Below, one piece after another: positions 37,784 through 50,543 of a stretch of 64,000 bases of DNA. The notes beneath the pieces were generated by a model, which saw nothing but the letters and a program-made list of their open reading frames with translations, was not told where the DNA came from and did no database searches. Position numbers and translations under genes: made by a program. Positions within the stretch are counted from its first letter, which is position 1. Every line of letters starts with the position of its first letter. The stretch lies in NCBI RefSeq assembly GCF_028641065.1, contig NC_073389.1:43276001-43340000 (forward strand), given 5' to 3'. The stretch comes from Leucoraja erinacea. Its lineage: Eukaryota.

Positions 37784-40299
37784 CGCACAGTCACCTTGCG
37801 ACTTCTGGTAGGTTTAAAATATATTCATCCAATGCACAACGGGAAAAGATTCACAACGGCCAGTGTGAAAAGACATCGAAATCATATTGGATCTCGCTAC
37901 GACAGTCCTGGGCAACTCGTTTTTTTCGCGGCAAAGTGAGTCTAGGTCGCCTACGATTGTAATTTAAAACATTGGACCTAGTGCCAGGTTGAATGACCAG
38001 TGGTCAACCTTTGTCAGGCACAGGGAACCTATATTTTAAAACGCGCTGTTGACCCATGTGATATTCCATTTTATATAAAACACAGCGTGCTTCAAAAAAC
38101 TGGAGCGTCTTGGTACAAATGAAGCATTTCATTTAAGTCTGGTTAATTTATAACATGCAGGTCCAGTGTTTATTTCAGAGGAAACAGGACAACTGGCAGG
38201 CGAAGGGAACGTTTCACTCAGTTTGAAAAGATTCCTGTTTTCTCATTTTGAGAGAAGCCGTCTCCAATGTTGGGTGCATTTAACCTGAAAACAAGCCTTT
38301 GAAAGGCACAGAAGAGCGAGTGTACTGAGGGATGCAAAGGATAACAAAGGTGCCAGTGAAGTCACTTCCCTGCATTGGGTCCAGCCATCCGCTTTCTCCA
38401 TGGTCCCATTGAATGGACAGAATGCCGCAGGAAGATGGAGAATTAAAGGGAACAAACCATCAATGCACAGTCAAAGGAGAAGAGGCGGCAGCACATGAGC
38501 GGATATCTGCTTCACTTTCACTCCCAGTCTGGCACACAAAGGGGGCTTCTGATGAATTATGGAATATTCCTGGCGCCAATGAAAATGGCCTCGGAAGATG
38601 CTAAATGGGGGAAAAATAAGACTACTATTATTATCACGAGGAAACATAAAAGGGAGCTTTTGGGAAGGAAAACTGCAAGAAAACAAGAAAAAAAAAAACA
38701 ATGTCTGCAAATAAACAAATAACATTGAGAAAGAAGGACGTGAAGTGCTGGAGCAACTGAGTGGGTCAGGCAACACCTCTGGAGAACATGGATAGGTGAT
38801 CCTTCTGGTCGGGACCCTTCTTTCGACTGTGCCTTGTTTTGTAAACCAACATCAGTAGTTTCTTGTTTCTAAATAATATAGATAATGTCACTGCAGGCCA
38901 TGGAGGCATAATCATAGCGCTGAAATAGGCCCTTCGGCCCAACTCATTGATGCCCACCAAGATGCCCCGGCTGGATGGTAATCATTATTTCAATTCATTT
39001 TCAGGTGTTTAAACAAGCAAACAATATCTATCCTAAATGTAGACATAATTGAATTTATAAATAAATTACTTCTGTTGAATGCCTCCATTGCTGCATCAGA
39101 ACATTGTGATGTTTAATGTGAGTACAGTATTTAAACATAACAAATGTCAAGAGCTGACCATGAATAGAGATTGTGCCATCATTTTCAATCAGACACCTTG
39201 CAGAGATGTTTGTTTATCCCTAATTTAACCAATAGTGGGTTGATGGATTAGAAACTCAGTTGCCCCTCTGGGCTTGTGCGTGGCTTTTGCATAGCCTATC
39301 CTTGTGGCTGGAGTGGTTCAATGTTACTGCGAAGATAGACACACCAAGTTGGAGTAACTCAGCGGGGCAGGCAGCATTTCTGGAGAGAAGGAATGGGTGA
39401 CGTTTGGGGTTGAGACCCTTCTTCAGACCTGCTTTGCACTTCGCAAGGTGGACCCTCTTAATGATCACTTTTCATGCATCTGATGCAGTTGTTGGCAATT
39501 AAGCTTAATGTTCTGATTTTAGCATTTTATTGACTGAATGATGATGACATAGGAGCAGTTTTTTCCATACATACATTCGAACAAAACTCAAGCAGGAGAA
39601 ATTGCTAATTAACATTTATATTATTCCTAAGACGGCTTGAAGGGCTGAATTGTAAAATGTTTAGAATTTCAAAGAAATCCCAGGAATCATGAATTGGATA
39701 CTCTAGTAATTGGTTATTGTCTTTCACTCTGTCATTGCCTGCATCTGTGTTCTCAAAACATTTTAGTTCTACTGTATGACTATCACAGTTGGATTCAGAA
39801 GGCCGACAGTGCATCATTTGGCTCAGCATAGGCGATGCCATTAAAAAAGCCACCAGTCCTCATTAAAATGCCGAACACCTTCACCCATTCATTTGAAACA
39901 GTTTATGTCTTTCTGCTTATAATGCTTTTTCCACTCTGCCATGGACTGCAGAGCCATCAATTAAGGGGCCATCAATTAAAGTTACATGCCAGGAATTCGC
40001 AAGTGAGCGATGAAAGCTTTGCTTTGCAGACAGAATAAATCGGATGGCACTTTGTTATTTCTCTTCTATTGGTGCAGTAGTGGAAATAGTGAAATTAAAA
40101 AAAATAAATCATATTTTCTCGATATCAGTTTTATGTCACACCATGATTTGTCTTCTCCTACTTAGACAGTTCCTCAGGTTAAGGATAGTTTCTTTCCACT
40201 CAACTTCTCTGGGTTCTGAGATGGCTGATTTGGTGAATGCAACAGATGGGACAGGAAGCACTTCATGAGGCAGTGTGAGGGACCAGTGGGAGGAGATCT

Positions 40300-41100
40300 A
40301 CAATTCATGAGGTCTGCTCTTTTTGTTTTAACTTCCTTGTAGTCTTGATGGAGAGAGTCAATACTCTTATTGCATCCCACACATTTTGCTTCCATTTGAA
40401 TGGTTATAACCCAGGGAGTCCTATAAATTAGTGTGGCTGTTACATTATTTCAAGGAGACTTTGAGAAGCTCCTTATAACATTATCTCTGCCCTCCTGGAT
40501 ATCTCTTGCTGTGCTTGAACATAGAGGAGATGTGGGCTTGATTTTGTATCTTGTACTGGACATGTACTATGATGTTGCCCATCCATGGGAGTGGATTGCT
40601 ACTATTGGAGTGTTGGTCTGGGAGAGAATGCTGATATTGGTTCATCAATGATTTGTGATGGTATCTCTCCATTGCTTCAAGGTGTCTGCTGTAGATAGAT
40701 CGTAACATCAGAAAAGTTCAGATGGGTTGGGATCACTGCTGTCTGTAGATTATGAGCTTTGTACTAGTTGAAGGGTCTTGATATATGAACACACTTGTCC
40801 TCAGATAGAAAAGGATTGTGCTGCTGCACTGGATGCCATGATGAATGTCATCATGAATGTCAGCATTTGCCAAGGAATGGCCCATGAGATATATAAAGTG
40901 ATCCATGTTTTCAGGCTCTTTTCAATGACCTGTATTGTTGGTGTGTGATGTTACATAGCATTGGTACATTGGCAGTGGACCTTTGACTTGTAATTATTTA
41001 ATACATGGATCACCAATGGCTTGGGTTCCAAACATGCTCAGATACAATCATCATCCCTGCACTTGCAGCATGATGACTGAGGTTGAAATGATCTTAATTC
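40300..41100 (-). mobile_element. Degenerate RTE-clade LINE fragment
   Basis: YSRHLEAMERYHHK... resembles the RTE/BovB 'YRRH.K.LE.FHQRCLR' motif; PGGQR.. downstream. Confidence 0.5.
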
Positions 41101-42232
41101 TGGAGTGAAGGCAAACACTGTTGAACAACTTACTATTTATCCTACATACTAGTTCCACTTCTGTGCTAAGTTTGTTGAGGGATGAGGCGCAATATTGTGG
41201 CGAAAAAGATTTAAAAAAAATAATGTCAGGGTCTTGCTGATTAATCCATTGTCTTACTTTCCACCATGTAGCAGATGGAAAATGGTGACAAATATACGTG
41301 TAAAGTGAAATTGGAGAATGACTCCCCCCAATTCCTCTCAATGAACAAAGTCAATGGATTTTGTAAGATCAAAAGAGCTCTGAATATATTATATATGGAC
41401 ATATTTTAAAATTTAATAAAATCTTATTTGAAATTAGAAACAAAAAAAATGGCCGCTGCTAATCACCCGTGCATCTTAGTTGTTTTACTTATCCCGTGAA
41501 GACACACACAACCAGTATCCATGAGGAAAGGCTCCCTTTCTTCACATTCAGCTAGAAACTTAAACCTTTGTATCTACTGAGAATTGTGTACACCTTCAGC
41601 CTCTTTTTCAATTCTCTCATATTCTGGGAATTGCCTCATATGACAACTACTATTATTTTATTAAAATCAGTACTGTAAGAACATTTCTCAATTGGTGCAT
41701 GGGATTGAAAAAGCATGTGATGCATAGGTTATAGGAATATGAGACAGGATCTATGTCAACAAATCTAGTAATAAAAATGAATTGCAGATGCTGATTTATA
41801 CTCAAGATAGACACAAATGTTGGAGTAACTCAGCAGGTCAGGCAGCATCGCCGGAGAACATGGATGGGTGACACTTCAGTTGGAACCCTTTGCCTTGTCT
41901 TCATTATTATGATTAGCATTCTTCTTATTATTATCTTCCTCATCAATATTATCCAGTAAAAACAAAATCACTTATTCATCTTTAATATAAATCTCCCATT
42001 CCTCGTTATCCTCCGAGAACCATTTTATGTGAAGGGTCTGCGGAGAGAGTAAGTGAAGGAGACACTTACTGTAAATGAATGGAAGCGAAACTGCTGTTTT
42101 TATGGTTTTTAACCACGATGGAGCAGAATGCTTTTATGCAGCTCTGTGGTCTGTTCTGCATGGGGTGAAACTCAATGAAGCCTGGAATGGTCTTTCCAGT
42201 CCATTAGTCTTTGCTTGCTGGTAGTTATAGGG

Positions 42233-42580
42233 TCATAGAGTCATAGAGTGATACAGTGTGAAAAAGGCCCTTCGGCCCAACTTATCCAAACCTGCCAACA
42301 TGTCGCAGCTACAGTAGTCCCATCTGCCTGCACTTTGTCCATATCCTTCCAAACATGTCCTATCCATATACATTTCCAACCGTTTCTTCAACATTGGGAT
42401 AGTCCTAGCCTCAACTACCTGCTCTGGCAGCTTGTTCCATACACCCACCACCCTTTGTGTGAAAAGGTTACCGCTCAGACTCCTATTAAATTTTTTCCCC
42501 TTCACCTTGGTCTTCGATTCCCCTACTCTGGGCAAGAGATTCTGTGCATCTACCTGACCTCTTCATCTCATGATTTTACA
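42233..42580 (-). mobile_element. CR1-clade LINE 3' fragment
   Basis: FTQRVVGVWNKLPEQVVEA motif; (TCATAGAG) tail repeat. Confidence 0.85.
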
Positions 42581-42872
42581 CAATCAAAAGAGGAAAATCA
42601 TTAAAGGATATCTCCCTGGTGGCAATAGAGAGTTGATCTGAATGATTTGCTTGTTTCTGTCTATTAATGTGAAACAATGTGTTTAACCAAGAAGCACAAG
42701 GAAACACCTGCATTGTCTCTTCCAAGCTGTACAACTCTCTGAATGGGAAATTTAGTACAATTCCTCCATTGCTACTTGTTCCAAGTCCTGGTATTCCTCA
42801 CTCAACATGACCATGGAAGTACCTTCACTGGATGGGATGTTACAGTTCAGGAACCTGGCACATCACCATCTT

Positions 42873-43007
42873 CATGGGGTGGGAGATTGCAACCTTCACA
42901 CGCCCTGTTTTGACGATGCCATCAACCCGGCGTGAAAAATCAAATAAGATCAAATAGAACAAGTTGTCCTGCAACTTTAGGCTGTGCACGCCATACGCAA
43001 GAAGAAG
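42873..43007 (+). mobile_element. Ribozyme-headed short retroelement, family B (degenerate HDV-like head)
   Basis: GGGGUGG-GA-GAUUGCA-ACC-UUCAC...CGCCCU-GU-UUUG-A-C-GA-UGCCAUC head, (AAG)n tail, TSD ACCATCTT at 42865-42872 / 43008-43015. Confidence 0.7.
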
Positions 43008-43624
43008 ACCATCTTTATAACGACAATTGAGTACAGGCTATCAATGCTGTCCTTGACCAAAGAAGAATAAATAAAACAAAAATATAGTTTGTTTATTTAG
43101 TTATTTCAGAAGATGAACAGCTCATTAATGACTATAATGCCCCAGAAAGAAAGAGGATGGCAGTCATTTTATTACCCTTGCGTTTTCCCTTTAGGTTATT
43201 GCATATTTACTCACAGGTCTGAGATTACAAACGTCAGTCATTCCTGCACATATTGATCAAATCAGTTTCCTGAGATTTCATCCTTGAGTACTCTTCAGGT
43301 TTTCTCCCCATTTCTGCTCTGGATCCAAGAGTTTCCGAAGGTTGACAATGAAAACGTTTGGTTCTTCTTTTCTCTACCTTTACATCTTTCATGTTCCTTC
43401 TTTGGATACATCTGGCAAGTTCTGCCAGTTACAAGATTGATGCATGATGCATTCTTAAATGTGACTTACAATTCTGCAAAATATTCAACTTGCTGCATTT
43501 TCAAATTATTGTGGAATCTTTAAAACAAGCACAATTACAGTATATCTGCTTCCCTCTCCAAGAACACCCCTCAAGCCTTGGAGTGAAAGCAGAATAATTT
43601 TTTTGACATTTCAGCCACTTTTTA

Positions 43625-44790
43625 TTGAATTTGAATTGAATTGAATTTTCTTTATTGTCATTCAGACCTTTCAGTCTGAACGAAATTTCGTGCCTGCAGT
43701 CATACATACAATAATACAATAATAGACAACAGAACAGACAGTAAACCCAAATTAACATCCACCACAGTGAGTCCACCAAGCACCTCCTCACTGTGATGGA
43801 GGCAAATATCTTAGGGCTGCAGTCTCTTCCCTCCTCTTCTCCCTCTGCGCTGAGGCGATACCCCACCGGGCGATGGTAAATCAGTCCCAGGGCTCACCGA
43901 GCTCCGCGAACGGGCCGGTTCAAACACCGTGGCCCGGGGTGGTCGAAGCTGCCGCCCTCCAGTCCAGAGGACACAGCTGTTGACGACGTCGTCCACTGGC
44001 CCGCGGCCGAACCCCGGAACTCAGGTCGCCGCCGCCAGAACGCCGTCTTAGCCACCGGAGCGCCGTTCCAGCCACGAGCCGGGTCGCCCTCACGTGAGCG
44101 TCTCAGCCCCGTGCCAGGTCGCCCTCACGGGAGCGCCATTACCCTCGAGCTGGGCCGCCCCGACGGGAGCGCCGTTCCACCCTCGAGCTGGGCCGCCCCG
44201 ACTGGAGCGCCGCTCCACCCTCGGGCTGGGCCGCCCCGATGGGAGTGCCGCTCCACCCTCGAGCTGGGCCTCCCTCACGGGAGCGCCGCTCCACCCTCGA
44301 GCTGGGCCGCCCCAATGGGAGCGCCGTTCCACCCTCGGGCTGGGCCGCCCCGAAGGGAGCGCCGCACCACCCTCGGGCTGGGCCGCCCACACGGGAGCGT
44401 CTCAGCCCCTCGCCAGGCTGCCCTCACGGGAGCATCACAGCCCCTCACGGGAGAGCCATTCCAGCCCTGAGCTGGGCCGCCCTCACGGGAGCGAGCCCAG
44501 GGTGAGTCCTGACAGGCTGCCTCCGGAGCCTCAAGATCGCCAGCTCCACCATTAGGCCTCAGCGCAGACGGAGGCAGAGAAGGGGGATGCGACAAAAAAG
44601 TCGCATTCCCCCGAAGGGAGAGACAGCAAGCCCTGTTTCAACCCCCCCCCCCCCCACCCCCCCCCCCCCACACCTAAACACAACCCAAAAAAACAAAAAC
44701 TTAGTTAGACAAAACGAAAAAAAACAACACAAAAAAGTAAAAACAAACGGACTGCAGGCTAGCCGCAGCCGTTCACCAGCGCCGCCACTT
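43625..44790 (-). mobile_element. GC-rich non-autonomous retroelement with a Rex1-type 3' tail and internal minisatellite
   Basis: (ATTCA)n tail, AATAAA, GCCTCCATCACAGTGAGGAGG segment shared with the 4478 element; 5' end AAGTGGCGGCGC. Confidence 0.7.
44128..44400. repeat. 38-bp GC-rich minisatellite (about 7 units plus degenerate flanking units)
   Basis: Unit CGGGAGCGCCGYTCCACCCTCGRGCTGGGCCGCCCCGA repeated head-to-tail. Confidence 0.9.
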
Positions 44791-44943
44791 CAAAGGTTTG
44801 TCACTCTTGTTGAAAATGTAGCGCTAAGGAGCAAATTGGGTCTTGTATCAATTACAATTTACACCCGGTCCACATTGATGTTTCTAGATGCTGGTTGCAC
44901 TTTATGGAATAATAAGATCAATTTTTGATAATTGCTCACTATA

Positions 44944-45362
44944 ATGTACTCGCTAGAATTTAGAAGATTGAGGGGGGATCTTATAGAAACTTACAAAATT
45001 CTTAAGGGGTTGGACAGGCTAGATGCAGGAAGATTGTTCCTGATGTTGGGGAAGTCCAGAACACGGGGTCACAGTTTAAGGATAAGGGGGAAGTCTTTTA
45101 GGACCGAGATGAGAAAAACATTTTTCACACAGAGAGTGGTGAATCTGTCGAATTCTCTGCAACAGAAGGTAGTTGAGGCCAGTTCATTGGCTATATTTAA
45201 GAGGGAGTTAGATGTTGCCCTTGTGGCTAAAGGGATCAGGGGGTATGGATGGAAGGCAGGTACAGGATACTGAGTTGGATGATCGGCCATGATCATATTG
45301 AATGGCAGTGCAGGCTCGAAGGGCCGAATGGCCTACTCCTGCACCTATTTTCAATGTTTCTA
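44944..45362 (+). mobile_element. CR1-clade (HER1-like) LINE 3' fragment
   Basis: YSLEFRRLRGDLIETYKILKG...TRGHSLRI...FFTQRVV plus 3' UTR GGGCCGAATGGCCTACTCCTGC. Confidence 0.92.
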
Positions 45363-45501
45363 TATGCTGTGTTGGAACCATTTGTTTTGACTCTTTGTCA
45401 ACATCAACTTGCACTTCTGTTTGTCATGGTGGTTCAGACAAACTCAATGATATAAAGGAAATGATGTTGCAGGCTCAGCTCATGGACAAATAGCTCAGAA
45501 A

Positions 45502-46420
45502 CAAGTCAAGTCAAGAGAGTTTATTGTCATGTGTCCCTGATAGGACAATGAAATTCTTGCTTTGCTTCAGCACAACAGAACATAGTAGGCATTGACTACA
45601 AAAGAGATCAGTGTGTCCATATACCATTATATACGTAAATACACACATGAATTAATAAACTGATAAATAAGTGCAATTAACAGATAATGGGCTATTAATG
45701 TTCAGAGTTTTGTCTGAGCCAAGTTTAATAGCCTGATGGCTGTGGGGATGTAGCTATTCCTGAACCTGGTTGTTGCAGTCTTCAGGCTCCTGTACCTTCT
45801 ACCTGAAGTTAGCAGGGAGATGAGTGTGTGGCCAGGATGGTGTGGGTCCTTGATGATATTGCCAGCCTTTTTGAGGCAGCGACTGCGATAGATCTCCTCG
45901 ATGGAAGGGAGGTCAGAGCCGATGATGGACTGGGCAGTGTTTACTACTTTTTGTCGTCTTTTCCTCTCCAGGGCGCTCATGTTGCCAAGCCACGATGCAA
46001 CCGGTCTGCATGCTCTCTACCATGCACCTGTAGAAGTTGGAGAGAATCTTCCTTGACAAACCGACTCTCCGTAATCTTCTCAGGAAGTAGAGGCGCTGAT
46101 GTGCTTTCTTAATAATTGCATCAGTGTTCTCTGACCAGGAAAGATCTTCAGAGATGTGCACGCCCAGGAATTTGAAGCTCTTGACCCATTTCAACCATCG
46201 ACCCGTTGATATAAACGGGATTGTGGGTCCCCATCCTACTCCTTCCAAAGTCCACAATCAGTTCCTTGGTTTTGCTGGTGTTGAGGGCCAGGTTATTGCG
46301 CTGGCACCATATGGACAGTCGCTCGATCTCTCTTCTATACTCTGACTCATCCCCATCAATGATACGTCCCACAACAGTGGTGTAATGAGCGAACATGATG
46401 ATGGAGTTCGCACTATGTTG
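45502..46420 (-). mobile_element. Rex1/Babar-clade LINE fragment, frameshifted
   Basis: TTVVGRIIDGDESEYRREI...KTKELIVDF; FKFLGVHISEDLSW...KAHQRLYFLRRL; DPHHPGH...RFRNSYIPTAIRLLN, spread over three frames. Confidence 0.9.
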
Positions 46421-47797
46421 CAAAACATTGCAAAATGTCTTATTTAATCCCAAACATTGGTCAAAGAAAGGGATATTAATTGTTCAGAAAATCGGTTGCA
46501 TCAGTGTCTCATTATACTTCACTCATTTAATTCAAGATTGAAATCAATGCCAGATTTCTATCTCTCCCCTCCCTTCCCCCTCCCTACAACCAGTCTGAAG
46601 AAGGATCTCGACCCAAAATATCACCTATCCATGTTCTGCCTGATCCGCTGAGTTACTCCAACACTTTGGTCCCAAATGTAACTGATGGAGTTGAAACCCA
46701 GAGACACAAGCCCATCTGCAGAAAGTACAAGCAGTCCCTTGGGGTTCAGCTGTCTGTCAGTAGATGGTTCTTTGCCTTCCCTTTCTCTTCTTGACTTTGA
46801 GGACAGCGTGCATGTAGCTAAAAGTAGGCCATTGACTCACAGAAGGTATGATGTCATTTGAGCGGACCAACAACTTAAACTTCTCACAACTTGTGATGCC
46901 TGAGCTTGAGTCTGCTTGTGTCTTCAGCTTGAGTCTGAAGAAGGGTCTTGACTCGAAACATCACCTATTCCTTTCCTCCTGAGATGTTGCCTGACCCGCT
47001 GAGTTACCACATCATTTTGTGTCTATCTTTGGTGTAAACCCGCATCTGCAGTTGCTTCCTACACATTGTGATGTCTATATCTGTTTAAGTGAGATATATT
47101 CTCAGAATGTCTTTATAGAATTATTCAAGAGTCAAGATGAGAGTGTTTTATTGTCGTAAGTACAGTAAACAGAACAACGGAATTCTTATTTATTTTGATA
47201 AGCACTGGCTCTCAAAGGTTTAATGGTACTTTATTACCACATGTGCTGGGATACAGTTAAATTGTTATTTGCATTCAGTTAAGTACAAGTATTACTATAC
47301 CTAAGCACATCTTAGATACAGTACAAATGTATAGAAATAATACACTGAGACAGCAGACAAGCGTCGTCAGGTTTGGTACTATTTTCAAGTCCCAGTTGTT
47401 GTAAGTACAGAGTTCTTAACCTGGCCATGAAGGCCTGTTGTTATGGCAATGTTGCAGGGTTGGCCTGGCCAAGCATAGCCATAGGTGTCCTCCACCACTC
47501 CTTAAAGCTGGAGGTCGCATCTGGTCTGCGTGCTTGGCCTCTTGGAGCGGCACCCGATCCAGCCTCCAGTGGCTCATGCCACCGCTGAGGTGTACTGCAT
47601 TGCCTCCTGCAGCCGGTCTGCTTACCGGCCCTCTATTTCTCACGTCCACCACCACGATTGACATTTTAGACATCTTTTCCCACCTGTCTGGGCCTCGAGG
47701 CCGAGCAGGGAAGTGATCGATGGCATGTCACTTGGGGATGATCTGTTACACGGCACCGTGGTTGCCTCTCTGACCATTGGTCACTACATTATGTGCA

Positions 47798-48480
47798 CTG
47801 GGAGTCCACATCTCTGAGGATATGACATGGGCATCACACGCCTCAGCACTCGTGAGTAAGGCAAGGCAGCGCCTTTACCACCTCAGGCAATTGAGGAAAT
47901 TCAGAGTGTCTCCGAGGATCCTCCAGTGCTTCTACGCAGCGGCGGTGGAAAGCATCTTGTCCGGGAACATTACCATCTGTTTTGGGAATTGCTCTGCCAA
48001 GAACAAGAAGGCTCTGCACAGAGTAGTGCGTTCGGCCGAACGCACTATGGGAACTTCACTTACCCCCCTGCAGGAACTATACAACAGGAGGTGCAACTCC
48101 AGAGCAAACAAAATCATGGGAGACCCCTTCCACCCCTGCAACGGACTGTTTTGGCTGCTACGGTCAGGCAAACACCTCCGTTGCCATGCGGTGAGAACGG
48201 AGAGGTTGAGAAGGAGTTTCTTCCCAGAGGCAATTCGGACTGTAAACGCCTATCTCACCAGGGACTAACTCTACAGAACGTTTTTCCTTCCATTATTTAT
48301 TATGTAAAAGAATATGTGTGTTATGATTGTGTTTATAATTTGTTTGGTTGTTTTGTTGTTTGTCTTTTGCACAAAGGTCCGCGAGCATTGCCACTTTCAT
48401 TTCACTGCACATCTCGTGACAAATGTGACAAATAAACTTGACTTGACTTGACTTGACTTGACTTGACTTGACTTGACTTG
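47798..48480 (+). mobile_element. Rex1/Babar-clade LINE 3' fragment
   Basis: LGVHISEDMTW...KARQRLYHLRQLRKF...FY..AVESIL...DPFHP...RLRRSFFPEAIR; (CTTGA)n tail. Confidence 0.9.
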
Positions 48481-50543
48481 GTGACATGAGAGAAATGGAC
48501 TGATGGGGAAATTAATTGTGGCACACACAATATCTGGCCAATGGATGTTATGTAAGACCATTAACTCAAAGCTGGTAATATTGGCTTTGGTGAAATTACG
48601 GCCAGTAGTGCAGCAATCCTCCCACTTGGTGTATTAGCACTTCTGGAATATTTCTCTCTTCTCCATTTATAGTTCTAAAACCAGTGGAATTGTTAAATAT
48701 TTGTGAATGATTTGCTTTATTTGCACAGTTGGATGACTACTGTGGAAACAAAGTTGGAGCTGAGTTATATTCCCTGATTTATATATTTCCCACATTTAGT
48801 TATGTATATTTCCCTTCCCATTTGAGTTATTATTCCCATTCCCATTGGGTTTGTGTCTCTGGGTATGAACTCCAACAGTTAAATCTGGGACACAAAGTGC
48901 TGGAGTAACTTTTAGTTATGATTTGTAAATAAATGACAAATGTTCAGCTTAATTGCCAAAATAACAATTTTGATTTGAACCATCTTACGTTAAAAATACT
49001 GATTATCTTATCAACATTTTGTCCTGATCCCAAAAGTAATTCACTGAAGCAAAATTGCTGGAGAATTAAAGCATATGGTTTTGATTTACTTACTTTGCAA
49101 ATCATAATCATGCCTGCAACAAACATTGCCTAGAAGTTTGTATTGATAAAAGGAATTTGGCATCAGTTGCCCAAGCCAAATTATGGTTGTTTTGTTTCTG
49201 GCTTTTGTTTGGTTGCTGAACCTTTAACTACTTATTCTTTACAATATTGAAAAGGCATTATATATTTCTGATCCAGCTCTCCAGGGTTTTAATGTTTGGT
49301 TAGGAAAGACAGGTGCAGGCAATGGGAAAGTAGATAACTGCCTGCACCTCAATATCCCAAAGGAGATAATGAGAAGTTTACAAGCTGCTAATAAAGTGGA
49401 ACCAATGCTGGAAGAATGCCCCTTATAGAACGCATGCAGTCAGGGGGCTGCAGGTCTTTGGGAGAACCTCCATTTGGCCCGTTATCGTGACAATGCTTAA
49501 AATGGAGATAGAGACAATAAAGCTGTCGCCCTGCCAGAGACTGTCTGATTATTACCATGTTACCATTCTGTTTGTCTCACAGATGTCTCCATATATTACT
49601 ACTAATTATATTATCATAATATTCTTATTAATGTCAGAGCTCCTATTGTGACGCCAAAGGCAATTGCAAAACATGGTGATTTACTTCTGTTCATGGAGAC
49701 CCCGATAACTTAAAGCAGAGTGTACCTCTGTTACTTGGCTCATTCAAAAAAGAAGTTGGCCTATTTAATGCGGTAGTATTGTGGTTAGTTTTGGTTTGTT
49801 TGGAAGTCTGTGTTCAGTTTTTGTAAGTTGAAAACAGTGTCAGCACACATGCTGTAAGATGAATGGGCTCCCACTGTGCGGCAATTCCTATGATTCAGAA
49901 GAGAAGGGGAAGGGTGAAAACATTGGTGGTGCAAATAAAACCTTTCAGCATAAATTACATTCAACATGAACCAATAGATGGGAATCAATGTACAAGTCTG
50001 CCATCTCATTAAATGGTTAAAAACCTCAATTAGTTAATATTTTTCACCTGTTCAAATGTTCTATTGGAGAGGCGTGGAGTTGCTTGCAGATGTCACACTT
50101 TGCAAATTAAGCAGACTCTCAAAATCCATATGGAATATTATGCAATGTTAGATCATTAAGAAGATTCTCAAAAATGTATATGAAATATTATGCAAAATGT
50201 GACAACTGCAAGCAACCCCATATCTCTCCAGTAGAACCTTAGAACAGTTGAAAATAAAACAGTTATCCCAATTATAATTCTTACTATTTTTGAATAAATC
50301 TGAACATCTTATTCCCATGTCCCACAATAAATAAAACATGATTTTCTTTAAGGAATATGGTTATCAGGGCCTTTCTTCAGAATCATTTACAGAAGGCATG
50401 ATAATTCTATATGTAACTCGTTGATTTATTGCCATTGACTTAAATAAAAATTAAAAGAATATATGTTTCTTTCTTTCTTTAATAATCACTGCCTTCCACT
50501 CTAATGTTTGAAATGACCACTTGTTTTTGCCTTGTACATTTCT

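Noticed and set aside
44090-44595. Multiple 80-150 aa ORFs and a CRISPR-like periodic look
   Set aside because: Produced by a 38-bp GC-rich minisatellite; units are contiguous with no unique spacers and the context is eukaryotic.
46652-48910. Inverted ~65-bp match between 46652-46715 and 48841-48910
   Set aside because: Each contains the end of the common hammerhead-family repeat, so independent subfamily copies are the simpler explanation than transposon TIRs; no TSD seen.
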